DNA of 64,000 nucleotides from contig JBIJDH010000012.1 in assembly GCA_044344255.1 (NCBI GenBank), forward strand, positions 32,001 through 96,000. The letters run 5' to 3'. Positions 9,355-20,971 of the stretch are shown here, in pieces (position 1 is the stretch's first letter; each line of letters starts with the position of its first letter). Under the pieces are notes generated by a model. The model worked only from the letters and a program-made list of their open reading frames with translations. It was not told the origin of the DNA and did not search any database. This stretch comes from Myxococcota bacterium (GTDB lineage: Bacteria; Myxococcota_A; UBA796; UBA2385). The position numbers and the translations under genes were made by a program.

Positions 9355-10655
9355 CGCGGGCTTCGCAGGCGCGCCCAGGCCGCGGCGAGGGGCGGGTCCT
9401 CGGTGAGGCGCAGGGAGAGCTCACCGCCGCTGGGGATGGGCGCGGCGACGCCCTCCCCGCCGATGGTGTCGAGCTCGGCGATGAGGCGGGCACGCTCGGC
9501 CTCGGCGATGGGGAGGGCCGCGAGCTCGCCGCGCAGGCGCTCCACAGCCGGGCTGCGGAGCCGGGGCATCGGCACCACGAGGTCGGGATCGAGGCCCCGG
9601 TGGTCACCGATGAAGCGGCCGCTCGGCAGCGTGTAGCGCGCCTTGGTGAGCCGGAGGGCCGAGCCGTCTTCAAGCTCGTAGATCTGCTGCACCGAGCCCT
9701 TCCCGTAGGAGCGCTCACCGATGAGGGTGGCCCGACCCAGGTCTTGGAGCGAGCCCGCCACCACCTCCGCCGCGCTCGCCGTGCCGCCGTCGATGAGCAC
9801 GACCAGCCGGCAGCGGAGGTCATCGGGCGTGGTGGTGCTGCGGTCGTGGCCGCTCACGATCCCGTCGCGGCCACGGGTCTCGACGAGGGGCCCCTCGGGG
9901 AGGAAGTGGTCGACCGTGAGCACGGCCTCGTCCATGAGCCCGCCGGGGTTGCCCCGCAGGTCGACGATCAGGCCCTGGAGCGGCCCGCCCTCTCGCTGGA
10001 GGCGATCGAGCGCCAGCCCGACGTCGGCCCCCACCCGCCGGTGGAAGGCGTGGATGCGCAGCAGGCCGTAACCACGCTCGAGGAGGGTGGCGTCGACCTC
10101 GACGTCGAGCACCTCATCGCGGGGCACCGAGCGCTGAGAGCGCCGGCCCTGCCGCTCGAGGCCGAGCAGGACCGCCTCGCCGCGCTCCCCTTCGAGCAAG
10201 GCGGCGACCGCCTCCGCGCTCTGCCCCTCGACGACCAGCCCGTTGACCGTGAGGATGTGGTCTCCCACCTCGACCCCCGCCAGGGCCGCTGGGCCCCCTG
10301 GCACCACCCGGCTGATCTGAACCACCGCCCCTTCGAGCCGGAGCTCGACGCCGATGCTCATCCGGCTGCGCTCGATGGACTTGGCCAGGGCAGCGTACTC
10401 TTCGGCGCTGTGGAAGCGAGAGTGCGGATCGAGCTCCGCCACCATCCCCCGGATGGCCCCCTCGCTCAGCGTGGCCGGAGAGATGGGGTCGACGTAGCTG
10501 TTCGAGATGGTGGTCCAGACCCGCGCCAGCGTGTCGAGGCCCGCGTAGGGGCTGGCCCCCTCGGCCTGGGCCGCCCGCCCGAGCACAAGGCCGAGGCTGA
10601 GGCCGCCGACCATCGTCGTCCCGACCAGGAGGAAGGCGCGGGCGACCGAGGCCAT
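9351..10655 (-). CDS. ctpA: S41 family C-terminal processing protease with PDZ domain
   Basis: LDPHS, PDZ, DLRGNPGG, TASAAE, GERSYGKGSVQ motifs. Confidence 0.92.
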   Translation of the reverse strand: MASVARAFLLVGTTMVGGLSLGLVLGRAAQAEGASPYAGLDTLARVWTTISNSYVDPISPATLSEGAIRGMVAELDPHSRFHSAEEYAALAKSIERSRMSIGVELRLEGAVVQISRVVPGGPAALAGVEVGDHILTVNGLVVEGQSAEAVAALLEGERGEAVLLGLERQGRRSQRSVPRDEVLDVEVDATLLERGYGLLRIHAFHRRVGADVGLALDRLQREGGPLQGLIVDLRGNPGGLMDEAVLTVDHFLPEGPLVETRGRDGIVSGHDRSTTTPDDLRCRLVVLIDGGTASAAEVVAGSLQDLGRATLIGERSYGKGSVQQIYELEDGSALRLTKARYTLPSGRFIGDHRGLDPDLVVPMPRLRSPAVERLRGELAALPIAEAERARLIAELDTIGGEGVAAPIPSGGELSLRLTEDPPLAAAWARLRSPR

Positions 10656-10699
10656 TCGGGCTCCATCCCCGCGGCGGCCTCCGCTCGGGGTGTTGCGGG

Positions 10700-11842
10700 T
10701 CAGGGGGTGGACAGCCAGGAGAGGGGGTCCTGGCGGGTGCCATTGTAGAGCACCTCGAAGCCGAGCACGTAGCCCTCGTCGTCGGTGAGGCCGGTGTTGC
10801 CGACGAGGCCGATGACGTCGCCCTTGCCCACGGCCGCGCCCTGGCGCACCCGGATGCTGTTGAGGTGCGCATAGACGGTGGTGTAGTCCCCGTGCTGCAC
10901 CGCGACCGACTGTCCATATCCGCGCACGTAGTCGGCGAGGCGCACGACCCCCTCGTGCACGACCCGCACGGGCACACCATAGTCGGCGGAGATGCCGATC
11001 CCGGTGTGGTCCTCCATCGCCCCCGTGCGCGGGTTCACCTGACGGCCGAAGCGGCTCGTCAGGCGGCCGCTCACGGGCCAGGAGAGCTTGCCGTAGCGGT
11101 CGCGGAAGCCGGCCCCGACGCTGGGATCGACGGGCGCCGACACGACCTCGCCCGGTGAGCGGCTGAGGCTGTGGCCGAGCTGACTGCGGCTCACGCCGAG
11201 CTCTCCGTAGGCCTGCACGGCGAGGCTCCGCTGGCTGCGCAGGCGGCCGAGGACCTCGAGGCGACGGGCGCGCTCGTCGCGGAGGGAGGCCTCCTGGAGC
11301 TGAAGCTCGGCCCGCAGCGCCGAGATCGCAGCGGCGTCTCGCTCGAAGAGGGAGAGCGCCTCCTTCTTCTCGGCCAGCGTCGCCCGAAAGGCGCTGATCT
11401 GGTCCGCTCCGGCCCGCACCACCGCCAGCAGGTAGACGGACTGCCGCCGGAGGGCCGTGGGGTCTTGCGCGCCGAAGACGGCCCGAGCGAGCCCCCGTTT
11501 GTGCAGGCGATAGAGCAGGTTCACCCTGACCGCGAGCTCACCGCGCTGGCGATCGGTCCGCGCCTCCGCGGCCCGCAGGGCCTCCTCGTGGCGGCGGCGG
11601 CTCTCCTCGAGGGTCGTCACCTGGGCCTCGATGTCGAGCAGCCGCGCCTCGACCTCGATGAGCCGCTGGTCGACGTCGCCCAAGGCGTCGAGCACGCTGC
11701 TCTCTTCGTCCAGGCGCCGCTCCAGGCCGGAGGGGTCCGGGGCGGCGTCGCTGAAGCGGAGGGGGCTGACCGGCGCCGGCTGACCCCGGGTGGCCGCCCC
11801 GCCGAGGAGCCAGAGGAGGGCCACGGTCGCCGCCGCGCTCAT
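10700..11842 (-). CDS. envC: Murein hydrolase activator EnvC (coiled coil plus degenerate M23/LytM domain)
   Basis: Long coiled coil; GKLSWPVSG, YAHL, VGNTG; Zn ligands lost (HTGIG, VLGFEV); follows ftsEX. Confidence 0.85.
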   Translation of the reverse strand: MSAAATVALLWLLGGAATRGQPAPVSPLRFSDAAPDPSGLERRLDEESSVLDALGDVDQRLIEVEARLLDIEAQVTTLEESRRRHEEALRAAEARTDRQRGELAVRVNLLYRLHKRGLARAVFGAQDPTALRRQSVYLLAVVRAGADQISAFRATLAEKKEALSLFERDAAAISALRAELQLQEASLRDERARRLEVLGRLRSQRSLAVQAYGELGVSRSQLGHSLSRSPGEVVSAPVDPSVGAGFRDRYGKLSWPVSGRLTSRFGRQVNPRTGAMEDHTGIGISADYGVPVRVVHEGVVRLADYVRGYGQSVAVQHGDYTTVYAHLNSIRVRQGAAVGKGDVIGLVGNTGLTDDEGYVLGFEVLYNGTRQDPLSWLSTP

Positions 11843-12732
11843 GGCGCCTTCGCCAGGAAGCGCTGCACGGCGACGAGCGAGGCCCCGACGCCGAGCGCGA
11901 GGCCCGCCGCGCCCAGCGTGAGCAGCCAGCTCCCCGGGAGGAAGTGGAGCTCACCGGCGACCTCCAGCTCCAGCACCTCCTGGAGGCGGAGCACCAGCAG
12001 CTTGTGGACGGTCCACAGACTCCCGATGGCGATGATCGAGCCCACGAGGCCGTGGATGAAGCCCTCGATCAAGAAGGGGCCCGTGACGTAGGTGGTGGTC
12101 GCGCCGACCAGCTTCTGCACCTCGAGCTCCTCTCGACGATTGTAGACGACCAGATAGACGGTGTTCGTCACGATGAACAGCGCCGCCATCAAGATGAGGA
12201 AGCCGAGCAGCCCGCCGAGCATGCGGAGGAGCGACAGGAAGGCGTTGAAGCGCTCGATCCACTCCTGACCGTAGTCGATGTCGGTGAAGTCGGGGCCGAC
12301 GAGCGCCTCGGCCCAGCGCTGGACCTCGGCGGGCTCGGCCATCCCGGCGGCCAGCGTGATCTCGAGCGAGGCCGGCAGGACGCCGGGGCCGAGCTCTTCG
12401 AGCACGCCCTCGAGGCCCTCTACCTCACCGATCAGCCAGGCGCGGGCGTCCTCCTCGGAGGTGTAGCGCACCGCCGACACCTTTGGATCATGCGCGAGCT
12501 TGTCCCGCAGCGCGAAGCGGCGCTCCTGAGAGACCTCCGGCTGGAAGTACGCGCTGACGTGGACGTCGCTGCCCCACGTCTGCACGATGGTGTTCAAGTT
12601 GTACTGAACAGTGAGGTAGACCCCCACGAGGAGGAGCGCCGCCCCGATCACCCCCGTTGAAACGGCGTTCAAATAGGCGTTATCCCAAAGGGACCGCCGC
12701 GCGCGCCGAATGATGTGCGGCAGCGTGCTCAT
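11839..12732 (-). CDS. ftsX: Cell division ABC permease FtsX
   Basis: 4 [39 protein letters not shown]. Confidence 0.92.
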   Translation of the reverse strand: MSTLPHIIRRARRSLWDNAYLNAVSTGVIGAALLLVGVYLTVQYNLNTIVQTWGSDVHVSAYFQPEVSQERRFALRDKLAHDPKVSAVRYTSEEDARAWLIGEVEGLEGVLEELGPGVLPASLEITLAAGMAEPAEVQRWAEALVGPDFTDIDYGQEWIERFNAFLSLLRMLGGLLGFLILMAALFIVTNTVYLVVYNRREELEVQKLVGATTTYVTGPFLIEGFIHGLVGSIIAIGSLWTVHKLLVLRLQEVLELEVAGELHFLPGSWLLTLGAAGLALGVGASLVAVQRFLAKAP

Positions 12733-13388
12733 CCACCGCCCTCGGCGCAGCGGCCCGCCCGAAAGCGGAGGACCCGGTACGGGAAACGCTGCATCAAGCC
12801 GGTGTCGTGCGTGGCGACGAGCACCGTGGTGCCGCGGAGGTTGATGGCCTGCAGGATCTCCATCACCTCGATCGCCATCGCGCCGTCGAGGTTCCCCGTG
12901 GGCTCATCAGCGAGGAGGATCGAGGGATCGTTCACGATCGCGCGCGCCATCGCCACCCGCTGCTGCTCTCCGCCCGAGAGGGTGAGCGGCAGCTCTCCAC
13001 CGCGCCCGCGAAGGCCGACGATGCCGAGCACGGCGGCCACCCTGCGGGTGATGTTCTCTCGCGGCGCGCCGAGGACCTCGAGGGCGAGGCCGACGTTGTC
13101 CGCGACGGTCTGCTGAGGGATCAGCTTGAAGTCCTGGAACACGATCCCCATGTTTCGGCGCAGCGAGGGGAGCTGCCCCCCCTGCAGGCGGGACATGTCG
13201 AGCCCGCCCACCAGCATCTTCCCCGAGGTCGGCCGGACCGCGCCATACAGCATCTTGAGCAGGGTGGACTTCCCCGCGCCCGAGGGCCCGGTGACATAGA
13301 CGAACTCCCCCTTGTCGATGTGCAGCGTCACGTCGTTCAACGCCGGCTGTTCGCCGTAGAGCTTGCTCACATGGTACAGGCGGATCAC
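12729..13388 (-). CDS. ftsE: Cell division ATP-binding protein FtsE
   Basis: [38 protein letters not shown]. Confidence 0.95.
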   Translation of the reverse strand: MIRLYHVSKLYGEQPALNDVTLHIDKGEFVYVTGPSGAGKSTLLKMLYGAVRPTSGKMLVGGLDMSRLQGGQLPSLRRNMGIVFQDFKLIPQQTVADNVGLALEVLGAPRENITRRVAAVLGIVGLRGRGGELPLTLSGGEQQRVAMARAIVNDPSILLADEPTGNLDGAMAIEVMEILQAINLRGTTVLVATHDTGLMQRFPYRVLRFRAGRCAEGGG

Positions 13389-13397
13389 GGGTTGCTT

Positions 13398-14366
13398 CTA
13401 CCTCGTTTCCTCGAGCGCCGTCGCCGCCCAGTGGACCGCGCCACCCTCGGGGGCGCGGCGTCGCGGGGCGAAGGCGAGGCCGTCTTCGTCGGAGATGTCG
13501 ACCTGCTCGGCGGGCTCCGGGCGAGCGCCGAGGAAGATCTCGCCGGTGAGCAGGAAGCGCTCCAGGTTGTCGGTGACCAGGAAGGTCGCCTGACCCGGCC
13601 CCGCGCCCCGCAAGAGGCCCTCGGCGGCGAGCAGGCGAGCGGTCGCGGCGGCCACCGCGTCGGCGGAGTCAACCAGGGTGACCCCGGGGAGCACCTCGGC
13701 GATGACCTCGGCCAGCAGCGGATAGTGCGTGCAGCCAAGCACGAGGGTGTCGGGGCCACCGCGCAGGCGCTCGAGGTACCGCTCCGCCACGAGCCGCACG
13801 ACCTCGCCGCGCAGCCAGCCCTCTTCGGCCAGGGCCACGAAGAGCGGGCAGGCCACAGAAGAGACCTGCACGGACGGGCGCCGCGCCCGGAGCTCGGCCG
13901 TGTAGACGCCGCCCCGCACGGTGCCCTCGGTGCCGATGACCCCGACGTGGCCGCTCTTCGTGAGGGCGAGGGCCCGCTCCACGCCGGGCTCGATCACGCC
14001 GATGACCGGCACCCCGCGCTCCGCGCCCGCCTGCTGGAGGGCCGCGAGGCCGTAGGTGGTGGCGGTGTTGCAGGCGATGACGAGGGCCTTGATGCCTCGG
14101 CCATAGAGGTGGCCGGCCACGCGCTGGCTGTACCGGAGGACCGTCTCGGGGGAGCGGGTGCCGTAGGGGACCCGGGCGGTGTCACCGAGGTAGAGCAGGT
14201 GCTCGTCGGGAAGGGCGGACCGCAGCGCCCGCAGCACCGTGAGCCCGCCGATGCCGGAGTCAAAGACCCCGATCGGGAGCTCCCGGGAGCGGACCTGCGC
14301 CGCCTGCGCCGAGGCCGCGACCGCGACCGCGTCGAAGGGCGTTGGAGCGTGGGATGCGGGCGTCAA
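13398..14366 (-). CDS. murI: Glutamate racemase
   Basis: PIGVFDSGIGGLTV, DTARVPYG, IACNTA, LGCTHYPLL; start uncertain (TTG 14366 chosen). Confidence 0.92.
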   Translation of the reverse strand: MTPASHAPTPFDAVAVAASAQAAQVRSRELPIGVFDSGIGGLTVLRALRSALPDEHLLYLGDTARVPYGTRSPETVLRYSQRVAGHLYGRGIKALVIACNTATTYGLAALQQAGAERGVPVIGVIEPGVERALALTKSGHVGVIGTEGTVRGGVYTAELRARRPSVQVSSVACPLFVALAEEGWLRGEVVRLVAERYLERLRGGPDTLVLGCTHYPLLAEVIAEVLPGVTLVDSADAVAAATARLLAAEGLLRGAGPGQATFLVTDNLERFLLTGEIFLGARPEPAEQVDISDEDGLAFAPRRRAPEGGAVHWAATALEETR

Positions 14367-14462
14367 CAGCGGGCCCCTGGAGAGGCGCCCCGGTAACACG
14401 CGCGGCGCGCCCTCATCGAGCGAGCGCTCGGGATAGAGCCGCCCTCCAAGCGAGGTCGAGTC

Positions 14463-15029
14463 ATGCGGGTCGCGGTCTATGGCGGGAGCTTCAACCCTCC
14501 CCACGTCGCCCACGCGATGGTCGCCTCCTGGCTGCTGTGGACGGGGCAGGCCGAGGAGGTCTGGCTGGTGCCGGTGTATCGGCACGCCTTCGAGGCGCTC
14601 CAGAACAAGCGCCTCGCTGACTTCGCCCTCCGCCACCGCTGGTGCGAGGCCCTGGCCGAGGACATCGGTCCCGGCGTACGGGTGAGCCGCATCGAGGCGG
14701 AGCTGCCGGTGCCCTCCTTCACCCGAGAGACGCTCGACGCCCTCTCCCTCCGCCACCCCGAGCACAGCTTCCGGCTCGTGGTCGGGGCCGACGTGCTCGA
14801 TGACGTCCACCTCTGGCGCGACTGGGCGGGCATCGTGGCCCGCTACAATCCGATCACGGTCGGGCGCGCCGGACACCCCCGCCCTCCCGGCTACGAGGGC
14901 GTCGACTTCCCCGAGCTCAGCAGCACCGAGCTGCGCGCCCGTCACGCCGAGGGGCGGCCCCTCGACCCGGTCCTCACCGCGCGGGTGGCCGCGCTGCTCC
15001 GAGACACCTCCCCCTGGGAGCCCGCTTGA
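14463..15029 (+). CDS. nadD: Nicotinate-nucleotide adenylyltransferase
   Basis: GGSFNPPHVAH, VVGAD, LSSTELR motifs. Confidence 0.88.
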   Translation: MRVAVYGGSFNPPHVAHAMVASWLLWTGQAEEVWLVPVYRHAFEALQNKRLADFALRHRWCEALAEDIGPGVRVSRIEAELPVPSFTRETLDALSLRHPEHSFRLVVGADVLDDVHLWRDWAGIVARYNPITVGRAGHPRPPGYEGVDFPELSSTELRARHAEGRPLDPVLTARVAALLRDTSPWEPA

Positions 15030-15712
15030 CCCTCTTCCTCTTCGACATCGACGGCACCTTGATCCGCACCGGCGGGGTCGGTCGGGCCTCAATGGTCGAG
15101 GCCTCCCGCAGGCTCTTCGGGCGCATCGACCTCTTCGACCGCTTCGACTTCGCAGGCGCCGTCGATCCCGTCATCGTGAGCACGGCCCTGCACCACATCG
15201 GCATTCACCCCGACGCGCGGCGGCTCGGTCGCTTCCGGGCCACGTATGTGCGGGCGCTGCAGCGCAACATCCCCCTGGCTCGGGGCGGGGTCTGCGGAGG
15301 GGTCCACGAGGCCCTCGGGGCCATCCCCGTCGAAGAGCCGGTCGGGCTCATCACGGGCAACTGGCCCGAAGGCGCCAGGATCAAGCTTGAACACTTCTCA
15401 CTCTGGTCTCGCTTCTCGCCCACGATCAGCGGCTTCGGCGGGGACGCCCCCGACCGCTCCGGCCTCTTCGGCGTCGCCCTCCGCGGCGCCGCCCGGCGGA
15501 GCCTGCAGCCGAAGCGGGTCGTGGTGATCGGAGACACCGAGTCCGACATCCGCTCCGCTCGCCGCGGGCACGCCCGCCTCGGCCCGAGCGCCCCGGAGCT
15601 CATCACCATCGGCGTCCGCACCGGCTTCGGAAGCCCAGAGGCCCTGGAGGCCTCGGCCCCTGACCTGCTCGTCGATCAGCTCACGGCCCGGCTGATCCGC
15701 TCCCTCCGATAG
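15026..15712 (+). CDS. HAD superfamily hydrolase
   Basis: [20 protein letters not shown] motifs. Confidence 0.85.
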   Translation: MTLFLFDIDGTLIRTGGVGRASMVEASRRLFGRIDLFDRFDFAGAVDPVIVSTALHHIGIHPDARRLGRFRATYVRALQRNIPLARGGVCGGVHEALGAIPVEEPVGLITGNWPEGARIKLEHFSLWSRFSPTISGFGGDAPDRSGLFGVALRGAARRSLQPKRVVVIGDTESDIRSARRGHARLGPSAPELITIGVRTGFGSPEALEASAPDLLVDQLTARLIRSLR

Positions 15713-16367
15713 GACGGAGCGCCGCCGCCTCTCGTGCGAGGGCGGTGACCCGCGCCCAGTCACCGGCGCGCACGGCTTCGGGCGGCGCCACCCAGGAGCC
15801 ACCGACACAGACGACGCTGGGCAGCGCGAGAAATTCCCGCGCCTCGTTGAGCCCGATCCCCCCGGTCGGACAGAAGCGAAGGGCTGGCAGGGGGCCGCCG
15901 AGTGACCGCAAATAGGCCACTCCGCCCGCCGGCACCGCCGGAAAGAACTTGAGGAAGGAGAAACCGCGCGAGAGGAGCACCATCGCCTCCGAGGCCGTGG
16001 CGGCGCCGGGCAACAAGGGGATCGTCGCCCCCAGCGCGGCGTCGAGGAGGGCGGGGGTGGCGCCGGGAGAGACCGCGAAGATCGCGCCGGCGTCCATGCT
16101 CCGGGAGAGGTCGTCGCGGCTGAGCACCGTGCCGGTCCCGACCCGGGCGCCCGGCACCTCGTCGCGAATGCGCCGCACCGCCGCCAAGGCCGCCGCCGTA
16201 CGGAGGGTGACCTCGAGGGTGGGCAGGCCGCCGGCGACGAGGGCGTGCGCGAGGTCGACCGCCCGCCCCGGATCGTCGAGCACCAGCACCGGCACGACCG
16301 CGCCGAGGCCGAGGAGGGGGAGGAGGCGCTCGGCCTGGGAGGGGCCGGACTCGATGACGGGGCTCAT
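15681..16367 (-). CDS. eda: KDPG/KHG aldolase
   Basis: EVTLRT, GTGTV, FAVSPG, LKFFPA, FCPTGGI, VGGSW. Confidence 0.95.
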   Translation of the reverse strand: MSPVIESGPSQAERLLPLLGLGAVVPVLVLDDPGRAVDLAHALVAGGLPTLEVTLRTAAALAAVRRIRDEVPGARVGTGTVLSRDDLSRSMDAGAIFAVSPGATPALLDAALGATIPLLPGAATASEAMVLLSRGFSFLKFFPAVPAGGVAYLRSLGGPLPALRFCPTGGIGLNEAREFLALPSVVCVGGSWVAPPEAVRAGDWARVTALAREAAALRPIGGSGSAGP

Positions 16368-18223
16368 CCTTCACCCTCGAGTTGTTGACCCTCGAAATGT
16401 TCAACCTCGAAGCGCAGCACGCCGCCGCCCTGCTCGGCGGGGGCGGCGAGGCCGCGGAGCGGGCGGAGGAGCTCTCGCCCCACGCCCCAGTCATTGGCGG
16501 AGGTATCGGCGGTGGCCAGCGCGCGGGCCTCCCACTCAGCGGCCTCGACGAGGACGTCGAGCCGGCCCCCATCCGCGTCGAGCTGGATCCAGTCGCCGTC
16601 CCGGACCTTGCCGATGCCGCCGCCGAGCAGGGCCTCGGGGGAGCAGTGGATCGCCGCCGGCACCTTGCCAGAGGCCCCCGACATCCGCCCGTCGGTGACG
16701 AGCGCGACCCTGTGGCCCCGATCCTGGAGGACGCTCAGCGCCGGTGTGAGGCTGTGGAGCTCCGGCATGCCGTTGGCGCGGGGCCCTTGGAAGCGCAGGA
16801 CGACGATGACGTCACGGTCGAGCTCACCGGCCTTGAAGGCCGCGATCACCGCCTCCTGGCTCGAGAATACCCGCGCCGGCGCGCTCACCCGCCGCCGGTC
16901 GGCCGGCACGGCGGAGGTCTTGATCACCGCCCGCCCGAGCGGCCCCTCGACGAGCTTGAGCCCACCGTCGGCCTCGAAGGGCTGGGCGGCGCCCCGCAGC
17001 ACGCTCCGATCGCCCGAGTCGGCCACCGAGGCCGCCCAGCTCAGGGCCCCCGCGGCGTCCACCGAGGCCTCGACCCGATACCGCGAGAGGCCCCTCCCCG
17101 CGACCGTCTCGACGTCCTCGTGCAGGAGGCCGGCGTCGAGCAGCTCCCCGATGAGGAAGCCGAGCCCGCCGGCGTCCCGCAGCGCGTTGACGTCGGCGGA
17201 GCCGTTTGGATAGACCCGCGCCAGCAGCGGCACCACCGCCGACAGGGCGGAGAGGTCGTCCCAGTCGAGCCGGATCCCCGCCGCGCGGGCGATGGCGGGG
17301 AGGTGGAGGGCGTGGTTGGTCGAGCCGCCCGTGGCCAGGAGCCCGACCACCGCGTTCACGATACAGCGCTCATCGACGATCTCACCGATGGGGCGGGAGT
17401 CGGGGTCGCCGCACATCGCCACCAGCCGCGCCGCCGCGGCCTCGGTCAGCGCCCGGCGCAGGGGCGTCCCCGGGGCGACGAAGGTGCCGCCGGGGAGGTG
17501 GAGGCCCATCAGCTCCATCAGCATCTGATTGGAATTGGCCGTGCCATAAAAGGTGCAGGTGCCCGGCGCGTGGTACGAGGCGGCCTCGGCGGCGAGGAGC
17601 TCGTCCCGGCCGGCCTTCCCGTCGGCGAAGCGCTTGCGCACGGCTGACTTCTGGTCATTCGAGATCCCGCTCGGCATCGGGCCCGCGGGCACGAACAGGC
17701 CGGGCAGGTGGCCGAAGCGCAGGGCCCCGATCAGCAGCCCGGGCACGATCTTGTCGCAGACCCCGAGGTAGAGCGCGCCGTCGAACATCTGGTGAGACAG
17801 GGCCACCGCGGTCGACATCGCGATCAGGTCGCGAGAGAACAGGGAGAGCTCCATCCCGGCCTGTCCCTGGGTCACGCCATCACACATCGCCGGCACGCCA
17901 CCCGCCACCTGGGCGCTGCCCCCCGCCGCTCGGGCCGCCGCGCGGAGCAGGGCGGGGTAGCCCTCGAAGGGCTGGTGGGCGGAGAGCATGTCGTTGTAGG
18001 CGGTGACGATGCCGAGGTTCGGCGCCACCCCCTCGGAGAGGCGCGCCTTGTCGGGCTCGCCGCAGGCCGCGAAGCCATGGGCGAGGTTGCCGCAGGCGAG
18101 GCGGGTACGCGGGGGGCGGTCGGAGGCCGCGGCCCTCATGCGCGCGAGGTAGGCGGCGCGGGACGCGCGGGAGCGCTCGCGGAGGCGCTCCGTCACGCGG
18201 ATGAGCACGGGGTTCAGGGGCAT
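16364..18223 (-). CDS. edd: 6-phosphogluconate dehydratase
   Basis: [58 protein letters not shown]; true ATG at 18223 (TGATG overlap with zwf). Confidence 0.95.
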   Translation of the reverse strand: MPLNPVLIRVTERLRERSRASRAAYLARMRAAASDRPPRTRLACGNLAHGFAACGEPDKARLSEGVAPNLGIVTAYNDMLSAHQPFEGYPALLRAAARAAGGSAQVAGGVPAMCDGVTQGQAGMELSLFSRDLIAMSTAVALSHQMFDGALYLGVCDKIVPGLLIGALRFGHLPGLFVPAGPMPSGISNDQKSAVRKRFADGKAGRDELLAAEAASYHAPGTCTFYGTANSNQMLMELMGLHLPGGTFVAPGTPLRRALTEAAAARLVAMCGDPDSRPIGEIVDERCIVNAVVGLLATGGSTNHALHLPAIARAAGIRLDWDDLSALSAVVPLLARVYPNGSADVNALRDAGGLGFLIGELLDAGLLHEDVETVAGRGLSRYRVEASVDAAGALSWAASVADSGDRSVLRGAAQPFEADGGLKLVEGPLGRAVIKTSAVPADRRRVSAPARVFSSQEAVIAAFKAGELDRDVIVVLRFQGPRANGMPELHSLTPALSVLQDRGHRVALVTDGRMSGASGKVPAAIHCSPEALLGGGIGKVRDGDWIQLDADGGRLDVLVEAAEWEARALATADTSANDWGVGRELLRPLRGLAAPAEQGGGVLRFEVEHFEGQQLEGEG

Positions 18224-19701
18224 CAGACCGTGTCCTCGTGCCAGCTGCGGTCGTCTCGCTCGAGCAGCCCCACCGAGCGGGCGGGGCCCCAGGTGCCGGC
18301 GGTGTAAGCGTGCGGGCTGGTGCCATCCTGCTCCCAGGCCGACAGGATGGGATCGATCCAGCGCCAGGCGGCCTCGACCTCGTCCCCGCGCATGAAGAGG
18401 GTCTGGTTGCCGCGGATGACGTCCATCAGCAGGCGCTCGTAGGCGTCCACCGAGCGCACGCCGAAGGACTCGGCGAAGCTCATGTCGAGCGGGACGTAGC
18501 GGAGCCGCATCCCGCCGGGGCCGGGGTCCTTGATCATCAGCCACTGCTTGACCCCCTCGTCGGGCTGCAGGCGGATGACCAGCTTGTTCGACTGGATGGC
18601 CCCCGAGCCCGCCGGGAAGATGCTGTGGGGGATCGGCCGGAAGTGGACCACGATCTCGGAGACCCGCGTCGGCAGCCGCTTGCCGGTGCGGAGGTAGAAG
18701 GGGACCCCGGCCCAGCGCCAATTGGCGACCTCGACCTTGAGGGCCACGAAGGTCTCGGTCCGGGAGTGGGCCACCCCGGCCTCCTCGGCGTAGGAGGGCA
18801 CCCGGGAGGACTCGGTCCGGAGGCCGATGTACTGGCCGCGGACGGTGCGCTGGGCTGCGTTGTCGCTGGTGATGGGGCGGAGCGCCTTGAGCACCTTCAG
18901 CTTCTCGTCGCGGAGAGAGTCGGCGTCGTAGGACTCGGGGGGCTCCATCGCGACGAGGCAGAGGAGCTGCAGCATGTGGTTCTGCACCATGTCTCGGAGC
19001 GCGCCCGCGTTCTCGTAGTAGCCGACCCGACCGCCGACCCCGATTGACTCTGCCACCGTGATCTGCACGTGATCGATGTGGGCGGCGTTCCAGAGGGGCT
19101 CGTAGAGGGCGTTGGCGAAGCGGAGGGCCATCAGGTTCTGGACGGTCTCCTTGCCGAGGTAGTGGTCGATGCGGAAGACCTGCCGCTCGGCGAAGACGGC
19201 GCCCACCGCTTGATTGACGGCGCGGGCGCTCTCGAGGTCTCGGCCCACCGGCTTCTCGATCACCACCCGGGAGAGGGGGGTCACGAGGCCGGCTGCCCCC
19301 ACCCGCTCGCAGATGAGGCCGAAGAAGCGCGGCGCCACAGCGAGGTAGAAGCAGCGCACGACCCCTTCCCGGTCGGCGAGGCGCTCCACCAGCGCCGGCC
19401 AGCCCTCCTCCGACTCGGCGTCGACCTCCACATGCGAGCAGGCGGCGAGGAAGCGCTCGACCTCCGCCGGCGGCCGCTGCTCTGCCGGCACCCCCGCCTC
19501 CAGCGCCGCCCGCACGATCTGGCGATAGCCGGCGTCGTCATGCGGATCTCGGCTGGCGGCGACGATCCGGCTGCCCTCCAAGATCTGTCCATCGACCATC
19601 CGTTGGAAGAGGGCCGGCAGGAGCTTGCGACGAGCGAGGTCACCGGTACCGCCGAAGACGACGAAGTCAAAGGGATCGACGGGGATGATGCGGGCGCTCA
19701 A
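18223..19701 (-). CDS. zwf: Glucose-6-phosphate 1-dehydrogenase
   Basis: [53 protein letters not shown] start. Confidence 0.96.
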   Translation of the reverse strand: MSARIIPVDPFDFVVFGGTGDLARRKLLPALFQRMVDGQILEGSRIVAASRDPHDDAGYRQIVRAALEAGVPAEQRPPAEVERFLAACSHVEVDAESEEGWPALVERLADREGVVRCFYLAVAPRFFGLICERVGAAGLVTPLSRVVIEKPVGRDLESARAVNQAVGAVFAERQVFRIDHYLGKETVQNLMALRFANALYEPLWNAAHIDHVQITVAESIGVGGRVGYYENAGALRDMVQNHMLQLLCLVAMEPPESYDADSLRDEKLKVLKALRPITSDNAAQRTVRGQYIGLRTESSRVPSYAEEAGVAHSRTETFVALKVEVANWRWAGVPFYLRTGKRLPTRVSEIVVHFRPIPHSIFPAGSGAIQSNKLVIRLQPDEGVKQWLMIKDPGPGGMRLRYVPLDMSFAESFGVRSVDAYERLLMDVIRGNQTLFMRGDEVEAAWRWIDPILSAWEQDGTSPHAYTAGTWGPARSVGLLERDDRSWHEDTV

Positions 19702-19822
19702 GTCGAAGCTCCGGGTGGTGCACGGAGCCTACCCCGCTGCGGGCTCAGCGCTGCGGACTGAGCTCTGCGGGCCCGGCGCGGCGCGCGCCCCGACCTCCGC
19801 TCACCCCTCTTCGAGCATCCGC

Positions 19823-20971
19823 TCAACCCTCCTCGAGCACCCGCCGCATCGTGTGCAGCCGCCGCCACAGCTCCGCCTGCGGGTGGGCACCGGCGGGGTC
19901 GGCCCGGCGGCGAACGGCGCCGTCCCAATACGCGAGCAGGCGCCCGCGGTCCTTGGGGTCGTCCTTAAGCACCACGCCGAGGAGGTAGCCGGGGAGCAGG
20001 GCCGCGGGGTCGTGCCGCTCGGGGAACCAGGCGGCGTCGAGGGCGATGGAGGAGGCCACACCCACGGCCTCGGCGGTCGACATCACGGCGCCGGGCTTCT
20101 CGACCGGCCAGCCCTCGGCGCTCCGCCCGACACGCAGGTCGCGGAAGGCGGTGACCAGGGCGTGCAGCACACGATCATCGACCCGCGCGGCGGGCCCGCT
20201 CGGGGCGACCGCCCCCTCCATCTGGCGGCGCACCAGCGCCACCTCCTGCTCGGCGCTGGCGATGGGGGGGATGGTCTCAAAATTGAAGCGACGTTTCAGC
20301 GCGGCGCTCATCTCGGAGACGCCGCGGTCGCGGAGGTTGGCGGTGGCGATCACGTTGAAGCCGGGGGCGGCGTAGCAGGTGCCCGCGGCGCCGAGCTCCG
20401 GCACGCTCATCCGGCGGTCGGAGAGGATCGAGACGAGGGCGTCTTGCACCTCGGGGAGGCAGCGCGTGACCTCCTCCACCCGCACGAGCGCGCCGGTCTC
20501 CATCCCCACCAGCACCGGTGAGGGCACGAGGGCGTCGCGGGAGGGGCCGCGGCCGAGCAGGAGCGCGTAGTTCCAGCCGTAGCGGAGCTGCTCCTCGGTG
20601 GTGCCAGCGGTGCCCTGCACGGTGAGGCCGGAGCTCCCCGAGATCGCGGCGGCGAGGAGCTCGGAGAGCATCGACTTCGCCGTCCCTGGCTCGCCCACGA
20701 GCAGGAGCCCCCGCGAGCCGAGGAGCGTGATCACCGAACGCTCGACGATCGCGCGGTCTCCCACGAATTTCGGTGAGATGACCAGCCGCTCCGGCAGCCC
20801 CTCCACCGGCGAGGGCAGCTCGAGCGCCGCCTCGGTGCCCATGATGAAGGTGACCACGGCCCGCGGCGTGCGCAGCCAGCCGACCGGACGGGCGGTGTCG
20901 TCCCAGGCCGAGAGGAAGGCGAGCTCGGCGGCGTGCCGCAGCTCGGGGGGCGGTGCTTGGATGTCGCTCAT
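19823..20971 (-). CDS. YehL-type MoxR-family AAA+ ATPase
   Basis: Walker A variant GEPGTAKS, QGTAGTTEEQLRYGWNYA, VRVEEVTRC, ATANLRDRGVSEMSAALKRRFNF. Confidence 0.88.
   Translation of the reverse strand: MSDIQAPPPELRHAAELAFLSAWDDTARPVGWLRTPRAVVTFIMGTEAALELPSPVEGLPERLVISPKFVGDRAIVERSVITLLGSRGLLLVGEPGTAKSMLSELLAAAISGSSGLTVQGTAGTTEEQLRYGWNYALLLGRGPSRDALVPSPVLVGMETGALVRVEEVTRCLPEVQDALVSILSDRRMSVPELGAAGTCYAAPGFNVIATANLRDRGVSEMSAALKRRFNFETIPPIASAEQEVALVRRQMEGAVAPSGPAARVDDRVLHALVTAFRDLRVGRSAEGWPVEKPGAVMSTAEAVGVASSIALDAAWFPERHDPAALLPGYLLGVVLKDDPKDRGRLLAYWDGAVRRRADPAGAHPQAELWRRLHTMRRVLEEG

Noticed and set aside
10700..11842. Missing Zn ligands in the M23 domain as a novelty
   Set aside because: Normal for EnvC
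4232..18721. Apparent N-terminal fusions in ORFs 4232..6304, 6887..9823, 13398..15092, 16364..18721 (also 60032..61453)
   Set aside because: Extensions overlap other real genes and are low-complexity; internal starts explain the proteins
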